Under the pieces are notes generated by a model. The model was not told the origin of the DNA. It did not search any database and saw only the letters and a program-made list of their open reading frames with translations. Source: Marsupella aquatica (lineage: Eukaryota > Plantae > Marchantiophyta). Taken from it: DNA of 64,000 bases. Below are positions 47,401 through 58,909 of the stretch, piece after piece. Position numbers and translations under genes: made by a program. How positions within the stretch are numbered: position 1 is the stretch's first letter; the number at the start of each line of letters is the position of its first letter. The DNA is taken from positions 26,338,798-26,402,797 of the forward strand of contig OZ316893.1 of assembly GCA_973895155.1 (NCBI GenBank). The letters run 5' to 3'.

Positions 47401-48922
47401 TCAAGTTCCTGAATTTCATTGCATTGCGCTGATAGCTAGCCCTCTAGCTGGTAACGTAAGCACGTACCTGTGATTGCTTTGCAGCTCCATGTACTGCCGC
47501 CTCCATCATCTTCAGATCTTCTCTAAGTTTGGTCAGTTCATTGCTCTCCTTTATTGATTCTAATTCCTGAATCACAGGAGGCTCTGCAGGAAGAGCTAAT
47601 TTCTCTTCCGGAGGAGCAATTCCTTCTAGTTGTTCAGATACCACAGATCGTGTAAAACCGTCAGTCAGTGCTAAATTGCTACTGAGATGCACTATATGCG
47701 TGCCTGTAACACTCCTCCCATCACTTTCTTCGTCCATATCTTCACCTCCGATAACGTACGTTTCTGTGAGAGGCTTAGCTGAGGATGGAAGTTGAGCATT
47801 TACACCGGTAACTTTGATGCCACTCCTCTCCAATTCCTCTTCATTGCCTGCAACGCCAGGAGGACCTGGGTGCTCTTCCACTATATCTAGCTTTGGAAGG
47901 TCAACTGGATCGTCCTTGGAATTATCCCCACCTTCAGGAGGAACTGACTCTTGTGGTTGGTGCACAATTACCTCATCTCGCGAGGGAGTATCAACCTCAC
48001 CCTTCTGTGCTACTCCTACCTGTTCACCAGCACTAGTAGCGAATACCTGCTCCGGGCCAGAGTGATCACCTGAGATTACAACCTCAATTTTAACTGCGTC
48101 CTCAACGTTCTCAACTGGAGCCAAGTCCGATGCCTGCTGCGAGACCTCTGTTTTAAAACTAGCGGAATCTACTGCTGTAAAAGACTTTGTGGCCTCTTCT
48201 GGATCATGCTGTACCTCCTGGGAGTTAACTTTACTAACGTCCAATTCACTTATGGTCGGTACGATGGAGGAATTAGAAATGACGACATTGGCACCGTCTT
48301 CTAAGTTCTTTTGAGGCTGTTCTGCAGCTGACTCTGCTGCTACCTGAGGCTCTGTCAATTGTTTCTGAGCCTTTTCAAAATTCGCTCTAGCGAACCCAAA
48401 AACATTGTTCAGAAGGCTCGGTTCGGCGGCTTGCGAGCTCCCATTCTCGGTTATGTCCTTTGCCTGAATCACAGGAGAAACTGGAGGCTCCGTAGGCGGG
48501 GCGGGCCCACTTTTTTCTGCCACTGCCGGAGGTACTTTGAAAAGACAACACAAGGAAGCAACGAAACAAATACAAATCAGAGAAAGTGTCGAACTCAGAT
48601 TACTCAGATAAAAGAGACAGAGAAAAATCGAAAGTGGTCAGATTCACTCAGCATGCGCGCCGAAGCGTCCAAAAGACAAACAGCCGAAGTCGATACAAAC
48701 TCTCTAGAAACCAATCTGAAAGCAACATTGCCAGATTCTTCGGCTATGCAGCTCCTGCAGATGGAAAATACCTTCACTGGACTCGCTAGTCTTCGCTTCG
48801 AATCCGAGAGCAGAGTCAAAGTTCCGTTCAATATTCTTGACACTCTCCTGCAATTTATTCACAGCTCCTGCGAAGTCACTCAGATTTCCAAGATTGGTGG
48901 ATATCTTGCCAAGCCACGCCAT
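41489..48922 (-). CDS. GC5: Golgin candidate 5 / TMF1 (TATA element modulatory factor) coiled-coil golgin, multi-exon
   Basis: The N-terminus MAWLGKISTNLGNLSDFAGAVNKLQESVKNIERNFDSALG matches plant GC5. Other exons give EIIKQVMAEGEELSKKQ, ELVTHMPDSTRPLRKQIE, LRQKEGEL, ALELMGERDEE and VEELKADLADVKQMYREQI (TMF C-terminal domain). The last exon 41489-41524 reads IERLSATITSR*. Confidence 0.93.
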
Positions 48923-50149
48923 TGTGCAAGCCTGTCCTGCCCTGTCCTGTCCTGCGTCAGCGCCGATAACTGGACGCTTTCTGGCTAGTTCCCTTGCTTG
49001 TTTGTTTGTCTACATATCCAAACTCTATCCCGTCCGATCTCTCCTACACATTTTCGGCAATGCAGCAGCTCCAGCATACAATTGAGCCCTAGGTCATCAC
49101 TTTGCCTCACAGTTCGCTTTTTCAAGACAGATTGGTCGCCACCGCCCGAGAACATCTCGATCCCTATTAGACAAATGTAGCTCCCGCGTACAAGCTATCC
49201 CTAAGCCATCACCGAGACTTTTCCCAGGTCAGATTGGTCGCAGCCACCGCCAACCGAGAACATCCCGATCCTTATCTATCACGAAAATCCATATCCTTCC
49301 TTGCAATGCAATGATAACCATCCTCTAGGCATCAACTTGTTTCAAGCCTCGTTCGATCTCCTCTTCCTCCGCTTTGCTTTGCTCCCTCTGTGATCGAACG
49401 ATGCGGACGATTCTCCCGACGCTTCAAAACTCTGCAGCCGGGGAGAACACCACAACGGAATCCGGTAGTCGTCGTTGATCCATCTCCGACAAGCTACAAT
49501 AATACTACTGTAGTGTTGTCGGCGAGCTCGCCAGCCAGCCGGATCGAGGAATTTGGGAAGAAGCCATCCGAACAAGATGCAGAGAGCTTAAAACAGCAAC
49601 AAGATGACCAAACGAGCAGTGACGACTCTTTTCTCATTCGATTGCGCGTTTCATGCGGTCAATCGCCAGTCACGCTTTCGTCGGACGAAAGATGCGTGAC
49701 CACAGCAGACAGGGGTACTGTGGAGACTAGAGAGACGCAGAGCAGCGGAAGTCGTCGACGGATCATCATCGTAATCATTGCAGAGCACGTAGCAGCTCGT
49801 GGGAATCACATTCATTCGTTCCTTCATTCATTTTCTTCGTTCATTCAATACTGTAGTGTGGTGTCGTGTATAACGGCTCCTCGTGTAGAGAATTGCTCCT
49901 CGATCGTTCTCCTTGCGCATCGAGCTCTCTATGGTAAGTATGAAGCTCGTGTGTCTTCGTTCTCTGCAAGCTCATGTTCCTTCAGCACTCATTTTCTCCC
50001 CAAAGTATGCTCATGTTTCTCTATGTACTCATTTTCTCCCCAAAGTATGCTCATGTTTCTCGATGTGTAGTTTCAAAAACAAAAGGTCATTTCTTTTTCT
50101 CCCTATCTATCTGCATTTTACAAAGTCGCCCCCTCAAAAAGTATTGAGA

Positions 50150-50641
50150 GAGAAACCAATTGGCTTAGGTCAGTGGGCTAGGGGATTAGAGTGGAACTTA
50201 AAGGTCCCAGGTTCAAACCTCCCCTTCACACACAGGGGTGTGGAAGGTACATGTGTGTGGGCAGGGTTGGTATTGTGTGACGAGGTCTGATTATTTCCTT
50301 GGCCCCTCATTGCCCTCTTTGTGGCCCTGAATGAATCCCTGAATGGGTTCAACACCCCCTTCACACACAGGGGTGTGGAAGGTACATGTGTGTGGGTGGG
50401 ATTGGTATTGTGTGTACTGGATACGAGGTCTGATTATCTCCTCCGCCCCTGATTGCCCACTTTGTGGCCCTGAATGAATCCCTTAATGAATCCTCTCTCC
50501 TTCCTGGTGCAGGTCTTGTCTAATCCATGGGGGCTCACCCTGAAATGGGTTCACTACAAAGATGTCTGTCACTACTGGGGTGGGAGAGGGTGCGGAGAGT
50601 CAAGTAAGTGTTCTTCCTCAATTCCTTTCAAGACAAAAAAA
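50150..50641 (+). mobile_element. tRNA-derived SINE-like element with an internal ~130-bp duplication
   Basis: A-box-like TGGCTTAGGTCAGTGG (50161) and B-box GGTTCAAACC (50210). Internal tandem duplication 50221-50345 / 50356-50485. A-rich 3' end TTCAAGACAAAAAAA. A related 3' part lies at 9.25-9.7 kb, and AGAAACCA occurs near both flanks. Confidence 0.6.
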
Positions 50642-51139
50642 CGGTAGTAAGAAACCATTTGTTTACCTATCCTCATTTCAAACTAAATGAATAAATAAAT
50701 TTCCCCTTTTGTACATGAGTATGGTGGTCAGGCAATTGGATGGGAATGATACATTCTTGCTAGTGTAACAAAGTAATGTAAAAAACCCTTTGGGTACTAT
50801 GGATAGAGGAGTAACAAGAGAACATAAGAAACCCTTCAACCTCCATTCTTGCCTGGTAGTCCATGACTTTTGTACCAGACTTCAATTCATGATTTTGTGT
50901 CCATAATAACACCAAATATGAAAAATGGGAACAACATGCACTTGAGAAGTTACAGGCAGGGCATATCTAGCACCAGCAAGAGCTATTGCAATTTCTTTGT
51001 GGCACTTGCCTACAAACAGGCTTTCTCATTGCTGCCAAAAGATTTGGCAAATTGGATATGGTGCCTAAACGAGGGATTGCTCCAACTTGTTGAATGAAAC
51101 CAAGCTTACATAAGGTTGGGGTCCTCCAAGGAATTTGTT

Positions 51140-51490
51140 CTCTTTCTCTCCCCCGAATAAGCTCATGTCTCCTCTTTTGGTCTCTTTGTCTCCCTCTACT
51201 CAGCTCATCACTCTTGTTTCTCTATCTGCGCAAGCACAATCATGTCTCATCCTTCTGTCTCTTACTCTTCCCCGAACAAGCTCATGTCTCCACTTTCACT
51301 TTGTTGTGCTCCCCCAAGCAAGCTTACTTTTCTTCTTTTGCTCCCAAAGGATGCTCATGATGGTGTTTTCTTTCTCACTTTTTGCCTCCTCCAAGCAAGG
51401 TCATGCCTCTTTGATCTTTCTCTCTTTGTCTCCCCCAAATAAGCTCCAGTAGCTTCTTTTGCTCTCTTTCTCTCCTCCAAGGAAGCTAGT
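51140..51490. repeat. Degenerate pyrimidine-rich minisatellite (tctccccNaaYaagctcatgtctc), related to the 41-bp duplication at 49986-50060
   Basis: aagctcatgtctc / tccccaaa units recur. Confidence 0.55.
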
Positions 51491-51536
51491 GTTTCTTATT
51501 TCTTCATCCCCTCCTTTCCTTCTTTCAGTGGTGGAT

Positions 51537-53424
51537 TTCCCTTAGTGTCGCGACCACCGCGGCTCACGACTTCGGCTCGCCCTTGGCTCCCAGGGAGACA
51601 CCACTCCCCTCATATATGCTTCTGGAGACCTGCCACCCCCAGACCAGCTTTTGTCCCTAAACATTTGGCCCCCAACTCGGATCCCATCGCACATATTGGG
51701 CGCGCCACCAACTAGCAACGCCCATAACTTTCTTGATAGGCATCCGCCTTAGCCCGTTGTGATCGCGCTGACCCGGTGCTCATGCCTAGGCCCTCAGGTC
51801 TGATCGCCGCTCGGGGCCCCCCAACCGGCCCAACCCGGATCGGGCCACAACTTGCGCCCCAAGCGTCCGTTGCCCATGGCGTCAACTCCATTGGCCTTGG
51901 GCCCAAGAGGAGCTCACACTCAAGCCCTCAGAACTCAAAGTCTATTTGGAGGTCCGGACGGCCGTCTTTGAGCCTGGCCCATTTCCCCTTGACCCGACCA
52001 GCTACCCGCTAGTCCAAGTCCTTAGTGTGTGTCCCCAGCTTGGCTCCTTGCCTCGCTAGTGCCACGTCTCATTGCCCACAAGTCTCCCCATGCTAAGTCC
52101 TCCCCGGATGGCCTATCCGGGCCTGGACCATAAGGGAGCTCGGCGTCGGAGTCAGCGATGCTGGAGCTAAGTATTAAGGTAGTCAAGTTCCGCGACTTGC
52201 CCGAATGCCTCCACGAAAGTCCTTGAGCAAGCAACTTGATGCCCTTCACACCATTTACGACCACTCTCATACAAAGCCACACTTGCTCCCTAACACGACC
52301 GTTGCTCAACGGTCCTCATTGTCTGCACAAGCAACCAAGTACCTCGATAAGTAACACAACAGGATATAGATCTCCCAAGTCTAGCATCCTAACTGAAGCT
52401 CAACAGACATTGGTAAGTAAGTTAGCGATAGGTCCTCCTGTTGCCATAAGCCAAAACCAAAACCGGCACCCACTATTCGTCCAGAACAACCCCTCTTTGA
52501 GTGCGTCCCGGGTTCCCCCTCGTACCTATCAGTCACCAACTGACCGCCCTGCCCCCAGGACATGCTCAAGGCCCAAATAGCGTAGCTTGTCCCAACATGT
52601 CGGGACCAGAATGGCCCCGACTCTAGCAACCAACTCCCGACTCTCACCCCACCAATAGCCTAGGGGCCAAATGCCCTTGAAACTCAACCTCCATGCATAC
52701 TTGGCCCTGCCTCCCCAATGCAAGCTCCCTTGGGAGACTGAACGCGACTTCGCTGCTGTTTCGACAGGGATTGGCAAGCGGGCGAGATAGCTCCTGCAAA
52801 CCCCAAGAACCCATGGCACCCCTAGACCCAGCTGAGCTCAAGAGAATGTAGCCCTCCTAGGAGATTTCCAACGCACCCAAGAAGTCATCCCAACGGCCTT
52901 CCCGATGGGAAGTTATCGTCATCTCCATTTGGCGTTTTCCCTTAGTGTCGCGACCGCCACGGCTCACGACTTTGGCTCGCCCTTAGCCCCAAGGGAGACA
53001 CCATTTCTCTCATATATGCTTATGGAGAACTGCCACCCCCGGACCCACTTTGGTCCCCAAATTTTGGCCCCCTACCTAGACACCAACCCGCATGTCTGGA
53101 TGCTCCACCGGCTGGCTATGCCCATAACTTTCTAGTTATGCGTCCGTAGGCGGGAGTGTCTTAGCCCATTGTGATTGGGCCAACCCAATGCTCATGCCTA
53201 GGCCCTCAGAACCCGTCGTCGCCCGGGACCCCCGATTGGCGAAACCTGGGTCGGGCCATAACTTGTGCCCCAAGCGTCTGTTGCACATGGATTAAACTTC
53301 ATTTGTCTTGGGCCCAAGTGGGGCTCTCACTCAAGCCCTCATAACTCAAAGTCCATCCGGGATTCCGGATGGTTGACCTTGAATCCAGCCCTTTCCCCTG
53401 ACCCGACCAGCCCTTAGCTAGTCT
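51537..53424. mobile_element. GC-rich repeat element with two diverged ~480-bp direct repeats (51537-52015, 52937-53424), period 1400 bp; LTR/TRIM-like remnant
   Basis: Both copies begin ttcccttagtgtcgcgacc...ggctcacgacttYggctcgccctt and end cccYtgacccgaccagc...gctagtc. No recognisable gag/pol peptide lies in the spacer. Confidence 0.6.
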
Positions 53425-54228
53425 AGGGAATTTCCCACATCCTTGCTGTTACATGTACCCACCTCCTCCCTTTCAAGCTAAAGAAAGATATTTCATGTTA
53501 TCACTCTATGCAACAATTGCGGATGGCTACTAATAGTTAAAATAACTTTGTAAAAGGGTCTCCCAACTTGAAAGTTCCAACCACTTCCCTTGGTCATAGG
53601 GATCCAAGGCCTACTCTTTTCCCTCCAAACACATTGTGCATAGAAAGGGAGGCTTTGACCTGTTGGATGACAAGCCAACACTCTCTAGCCCACTGATCAA
53701 TTCCCATTACTTCCTCCTCCTACCTTTTAGCCCTCTCATTTTCTGGCTTCATTCAGGATCCCTTGCATTGTGTAGTCTTCTTTGTTGTTACATCTTTCTT
53801 CAGTATTATCACCCCACAACAAAGACCGCTTCAAGTTGAACCATAAGATTCATTTTCCGCTACTAACTTAAGGAGTGAGTTGAAGGACGGGATAGGTTCA
53901 GATACCAGGCGCATTTGGTAGACCTTAGAACGATCTAAGAAACCTAAACAAAGCATGTCCGTCATTTAGTGAATATGAGTGCATGTCGGAGTGTCTTGGC
54001 GAATCTTCGTGATTATGCCAGATTTCCTTCGGCAAATTTAGTACTTCCCCAGTCTCTACTGGCTCTTCACTTTGAGCTCAATAAGCCCCTGTAACCTATG
54101 ATTCAAATCCTTGTAAGGAAATGAGGGTACATGAGTCCATCTAGATGTGTACTGGTGGATTTTACTCGGTGATTAGACCCAAATTCCTTTGGCAGATTAG
54201 TAGGCGGCCACTTTCGTAGGGCACGCTG

Positions 54229-54650
54229 TCGAGTCCATGATGTGGGATCATTGTCAGTCTTCATGCAACTTTAGTTGCACACAGGGCAGTTCTTGTTATT
54301 TCACGGCTTTGATAGCTCGAGTCCATGATACGGGATCATTGTCTGTCGTCTTACAACTTTAATCGCACGCAGGGCAGTTCCTGTTATTTCACGATTTTGA
54401 TAACATAGACTTTCTGCTGTTATACTGAACTCATTCGAACTTGAACATAAAAAATTGCTGTCAGAGTGGACTCATCCTAGACAAGTTGGAGAGCAACTCA
54501 TTCTATCACTTGGACAAGCTTTTTCATTCTCTCACTTGGGCAAGCTTTTCTGCTGTCAGTCACATGTTCACTTGCGATCGGAACTCATTCTATCACTTGG
54601 ACAAGCTTTTTCATTCTATCACTTGGGCAAGCTTTTCTGCTGTCAGTCAC
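54229..54650. repeat. Two adjacent tandem duplications (~89-bp unit at 54229-54400; ~85-bp unit at 54495-54650)
   Basis: cgagtccatgat...gggatcattgtc...cagggcagttc occurs twice, and aactcattctatcacttggacaagctttttcattct...ctgtcagtcac occurs twice. Confidence 0.8.
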
Positions 54651-55924
54651 TAGTTCACTTTCGATTGGAACAGCCTATTCCGATCGCAAATGAAGTCATT
54701 CTAACTTGGACAAGGTGGAGAGCCTGTTTCCGCAATGAAATCTTCTTAACTTCGACAAGTCGGAGGCACTGAATTCGTTCGTGCGGAAAGTTCCTCAAGT
54801 GCTCGCACGAAATCACGCGAGGAGTACGAAGCCCACGTTGTCATTGAGTTAATGAGCCAGTGCACAGCGACGGTAGCAGTAGTGCTTTACATTGTTTGAG
54901 CAGCCTAAGAGCCCAAACGACTGCATATTTGCCACTTAGACGATTTAACCTCGGAGACTGGAGATCCACAGAAATGATCGATCCAGAGAAATGGACCAAA
55001 AGCATAAAACTTGACGGCACTGGTATGTCTGTAAGAGTGAAAGAAATGGATCCATTCCAACTACCGAAGTAAAGTGATATCCTTAGTGCATCTCAATCCC
55101 TCTTAACGGCAATCCCTAAGCTATTGACTCAAGGGTTGGAAACGTGCAGAAATCATCATCAGAAGAGCTGTAGCTACTGAAGCTGTCGCTCTCTACTTTC
55201 AACGCGGTCTGCCCCTACTTAGTAGTCTTTCAATGTCATTCAGTCCATTCCAGATTTTCTCTCCTCCGACATTTTAATCAGAAAGGAAAGAATAGAATCC
55301 AAGAGATGCATAAGTTCAAGTACTTCTATCGTAAGTCATTACACTTAATCACTCAACATCGCAAGACAAAACTCTCAGAAGTGGGGAAGCGTTTCACAAC
55401 AGCATATTCCAACAAGATTAAAGTGGGCACGATTCTCACGAAATGAGTATGTAGAACCCTAGTATTTCCCCTAGTTCCCTATTGAACAATCTGTGCAGGA
55501 GACAAAGACAATTGAAAAACTCGGTTCAACATGAGCATCAATAATTGAATAGCGCAAAATTAGATCGTCTCTACAACTTGGATGGCCCAATCTATCTGTT
55601 AGTGGAGAAGTTGTGTCGTCATTCTGGAAAGACTTCCGTTTCACACCTTTTAAGTAAGATGCATCCAACCTAGTCTTAATGCCTCCGCGCCGAGCTTCCT
55701 TTTCTCTATGTTTCAAAGGTTTTACTTTACTGTTGGAGTGAAGAATTCAAACTACTTCGTCTTTGAGCCTTTCTTCACAAAGCAGAGTCATATTGTTCCA
55801 AAAACACTCAGGAGCCACACCTAACATCTGCAACCTCATCTTTTTATTACTCAATGCAGTTACCTACGAAAGCAGAACAAAAATTTGCTGTAAACCGGGC
55901 CTATGCTTTACTTGAGGTAACAAC

Positions 55925-56656
55925 CTAATTCATGCGACGGATTAGATTGTTGAGCTTGAGCTCCCGGTTTCCAGCGTCTCCGTTCTCGATGTAGTGATTC
56001 CTCTTCTTTTTCAGACCACCCAGGGGTGCACTCAACTTGAACGGCCACAGGAAGTTGTTAGCCTCCTTGAAATGTGGCCCCACTGTATAAATCTCGTGGA
56101 TGAGGTCTTCGATACAGATGATACCGAACTTACCCAAGGCCTGCTCGATAACAGAGTTGTCGGTCAAGGCAGTGCGGGCCTTATTGAGCTTCCCGTAACC
56201 GCGCTTGTAGATGAGCTCCCTGACGCTCTTCAGATTAGGGTATCCATAAGTCACATACGGCTCCACCCTTTGCAGCATGTTGACGGTGGCCTTGTTCACC
56301 TTCATGAAGACGCCGTTGAAGATCTGCCTCAGACGCAGAAGCTGGAGGATCTTGCGGGTCTTCGGGTGCATGTCATTGATACCACGGATACGAATAACGA
56401 ACAGCAGCTTCGCCTCCGCCTCCACGTAAAACCCACCCTTGAGCTTCGCCTCGCGCTTCAGGCTGATCAAATCCGACTCCTCCTTCTTGTATTCCTTGAG
56501 GTACTCTTCCGTCTGCTTGAAAATCACCTTCCGATCGCTCCGGCTCTTGGCCTTTGCCGCATCCTGCTCCTCCTTCTTAGCCAGCGCCCACTGCTCGTCT
56601 CTCTTCCGCTTCTTCAAAACGGATTCGGGCACCATCGCCGCCGCCTCCGAGCTCAT
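55925..56656 (-). CDS. RPL7: 60S ribosomal protein L7 (uL30); intronless CDS
   Basis: 243-aa ORF with [90 protein letters not shown] and GDAGNRE. Strong GC3 codon bias. Confidence 0.98.
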   Translation of the reverse strand: MSSEAAAMVPESVLKKRKRDEQWALAKKEEQDAAKAKSRSDRKVIFKQTEEYLKEYKKEESDLISLKREAKLKGGFYVEAEAKLLFVIRIRGINDMHPKTRKILQLLRLRQIFNGVFMKVNKATVNMLQRVEPYVTYGYPNLKSVRELIYKRGYGKLNKARTALTDNSVIEQALGKFGIICIEDLIHEIYTVGPHFKEANNFLWPFKLSAPLGGLKKKRNHYIENGDAGNRELKLNNLIRRMN

Positions 56657-56902
56657 TTTCGTCTGAGCACGTATTCAGCTCGAGAAAATGCGAACGACTG
56701 AACGAGACACAGCCTCGTTCAAATTTGCAAAGAATCAGAACAAAGCTGCGCGGAGCTTCCACACAATGCCTCGACCTACTACTGTCGTTGCGGACGAATT
56801 GACGAACCCAACAAGCGAGCGAGGGACGGAGAGAGCGGAACGAGGGGCAGCGCTCCTGCACCAACACCACACCGAGCGAAAGGAAGAGCAACAGGGGATG
56901 CT

Positions 56903-56959
56903 CTAGGGTTTGTTGTGGCCGGAACTCTCTCCCGCCGGCCTCACGATGGTCTAGGGTTT
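56903..56959 (-). promoter_or_regulatory. Two telo-boxes (AAACCCTAG) upstream of RPL7
   Basis: CTAGGGTTT at 56903-56911 and 56951-56959. Telo-boxes are established cis-elements of plant ribosomal protein genes. Confidence 0.7.
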
Positions 56960-58746
56960 CTGGCGGTGTGCCAAACCTTTGCTCTGTCCAGTAAAAAAAA
57001 CCTACATAACAATCCATTTTATGAGTTTTACTTAATTTCTTTTAAATAAAAGTGAAAGCGCACCTAATCATTCTGAAGAAAAAAGCACCTAATGAGGGTC
57101 TCTCCCTCCTGGTACTGGGTATGACCCCCCTTGTGGGCTACCCTAAAGACTTGCATGCTCCAGAGTTGGATGGGTAGCTTTAGGTATTCAAGGCAAAGAA
57201 CAAAACTGAATGTGCTCAAACCAGTTTTCTTTGTTTCTCTAATTTTGGTCACATTCTTGCTCAAAATTTCATGGCACAACTTATCTGTATCATAGTTAGT
57301 TAGTGGACCATGTTCTTAAGTATGAACCTAACACTACTTTAGTATTAATAGTGAACCATATTGGATTAGTGAACAATTCTTAGTCTGTAAATATTCAACG
57401 CTCCAAATTTCATCATTCTCATGCAACAATGACCTATGATCTTGGTTTACAATTATTTTTTCTGATTTCAACATAAGTAAGTGTTCTAGTATAACAACAA
57501 ATTTTAGATTCTTTCTTTGTCTCTTTGTCACAAACTAGCTCACAAAATGTTCCCAGGATGACATTTACTCAATATTCTCCACAATTCTCCATTATTCCAA
57601 ATTTTTTGGAGTTTCACAAAATCCTTTCAGTTAAACAAAATTTCAGTTGTTTTTCAGTAGAAACAGAATTTCCACTTGAGATGATAAAATTGTGGCTAAA
57701 AACTTCTTTGATGCATCCTAGGATTTACATACCCCGGCAGCACAGTGAACAGCATTATGAAACGCAAAAAGAAACTGCCTAACTTAAAATATTGCCCATT
57801 TTAAGTGCGCACCGTCATCTAACCATCAACATCTGATCCCATCAATCAATCTAGGAATTCCACCGGCATGCACCTTTTCTTGTGACCATTGTGGACTGTC
57901 ATCCGCCGTCCAACTTTGTTCCCCCACTCTTTGTTTTACTTTTGAATTTTTGGTTTTTTATGGTCCCCAGGTTTAGCTGCTTTTGTTGGTCTCACGTCAA
58001 AACACTAAGAAGCATGTCTGTTTTTTTACCCTATACATGCACATTCCTATTTGTGATAATTGATGATGTATTTGCATAAATGTAGGGAATTTGGAAGACA
58101 CTTTCCATGGGGGTCCATAATTAGTGACCAAAGTCTATGTTCATAGCCTCCTCTGTAAGGTAAAGAAAATATCCTAAATTATTTGAGAACACAAATATTT
58201 GATTTATACAAAGTTTGAGAGTAGGGACTGGCGTGAGAGTCTAGGGAGCCCTTCCTATGCATCCCCATTGGTATTCACTTAAGTACAACTAGCACAACTC
58301 ATACAAAAGAACATTTGAAGTATTTTCCTACCAAATTTGCCAAGTATTCACGGGGTTAAGAGGGCATTCTATGGTTTCGTTATGGAGAATCTCACTTGAG
58401 CTTTTCAATTTTCTAATATCTTATGAGCTTTTGGTCATAAGATATTACCCCTCTTGCTGAACAATCTCTCCAAGAATGTTTGACAAGACCAAGTGAAGTA
58501 ATACTGATGGGATCCCAAAACTAGTCTCACTCCTGTATCCCAGGGTATTGTAGTGAGGAATAATACAACCATATTCCAAAATACCCAAGGAAGTTATGGG
58601 GATGGGATAGAAGAAAACACAGAGGAGAGGTTTGTTCAGTCTAATTGTGATGGAAGACCTGTTTGGCCATGGAACTGGTTAATTTAACTGGTTACTTAAA
58701 TTAACGCTTCAAGCTTCTAATTGTGAGTTCATGTGCTATGCTTTTT

Positions 58747-58909
58747 GTGCCCTCAACCCTTTAAGGGCTGATGGAATAGTGCCTTAGGGGTAGAGAGTGA
58801 AGTGCCCTCAACTCCTTAAGGGTGATGGAACAGCGCCTTAAGGGTTGAGAGTGATGTGCCCTGAACTCTCAAGGGCTGATGGAACAATGCCATAGGGTTT
58901 AAGAGTGAC
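58747..58909. repeat. ~54-bp tandem repeat x3 with internal dyad symmetry
   Basis: Units start at 58747, 58802 and 58856 (gtgccctcaacYcttaagggctgatggaaYagtgccttaagggttgagagtga). Confidence 0.85.

Noticed and set aside
49390-50070. 226-aa ORF divergent from GC5
   Set aside because: It has a non-ATG start, low-complexity composition and no domain, and it overlaps the likely GC5 leader/promoter and a tandem duplication.
50161-50225. Intact tRNA gene
   Set aside because: A/B-box-like motifs are present, but no convincing cloverleaf could be folded and it continues into a repeated body, so it is treated as a SINE head.
55994-56701. 235-aa plus-strand ORF antisense to RPL7
   Set aside because: It is a shadow ORF produced by the strong codon bias of RPL7, with no domain or independent signals.
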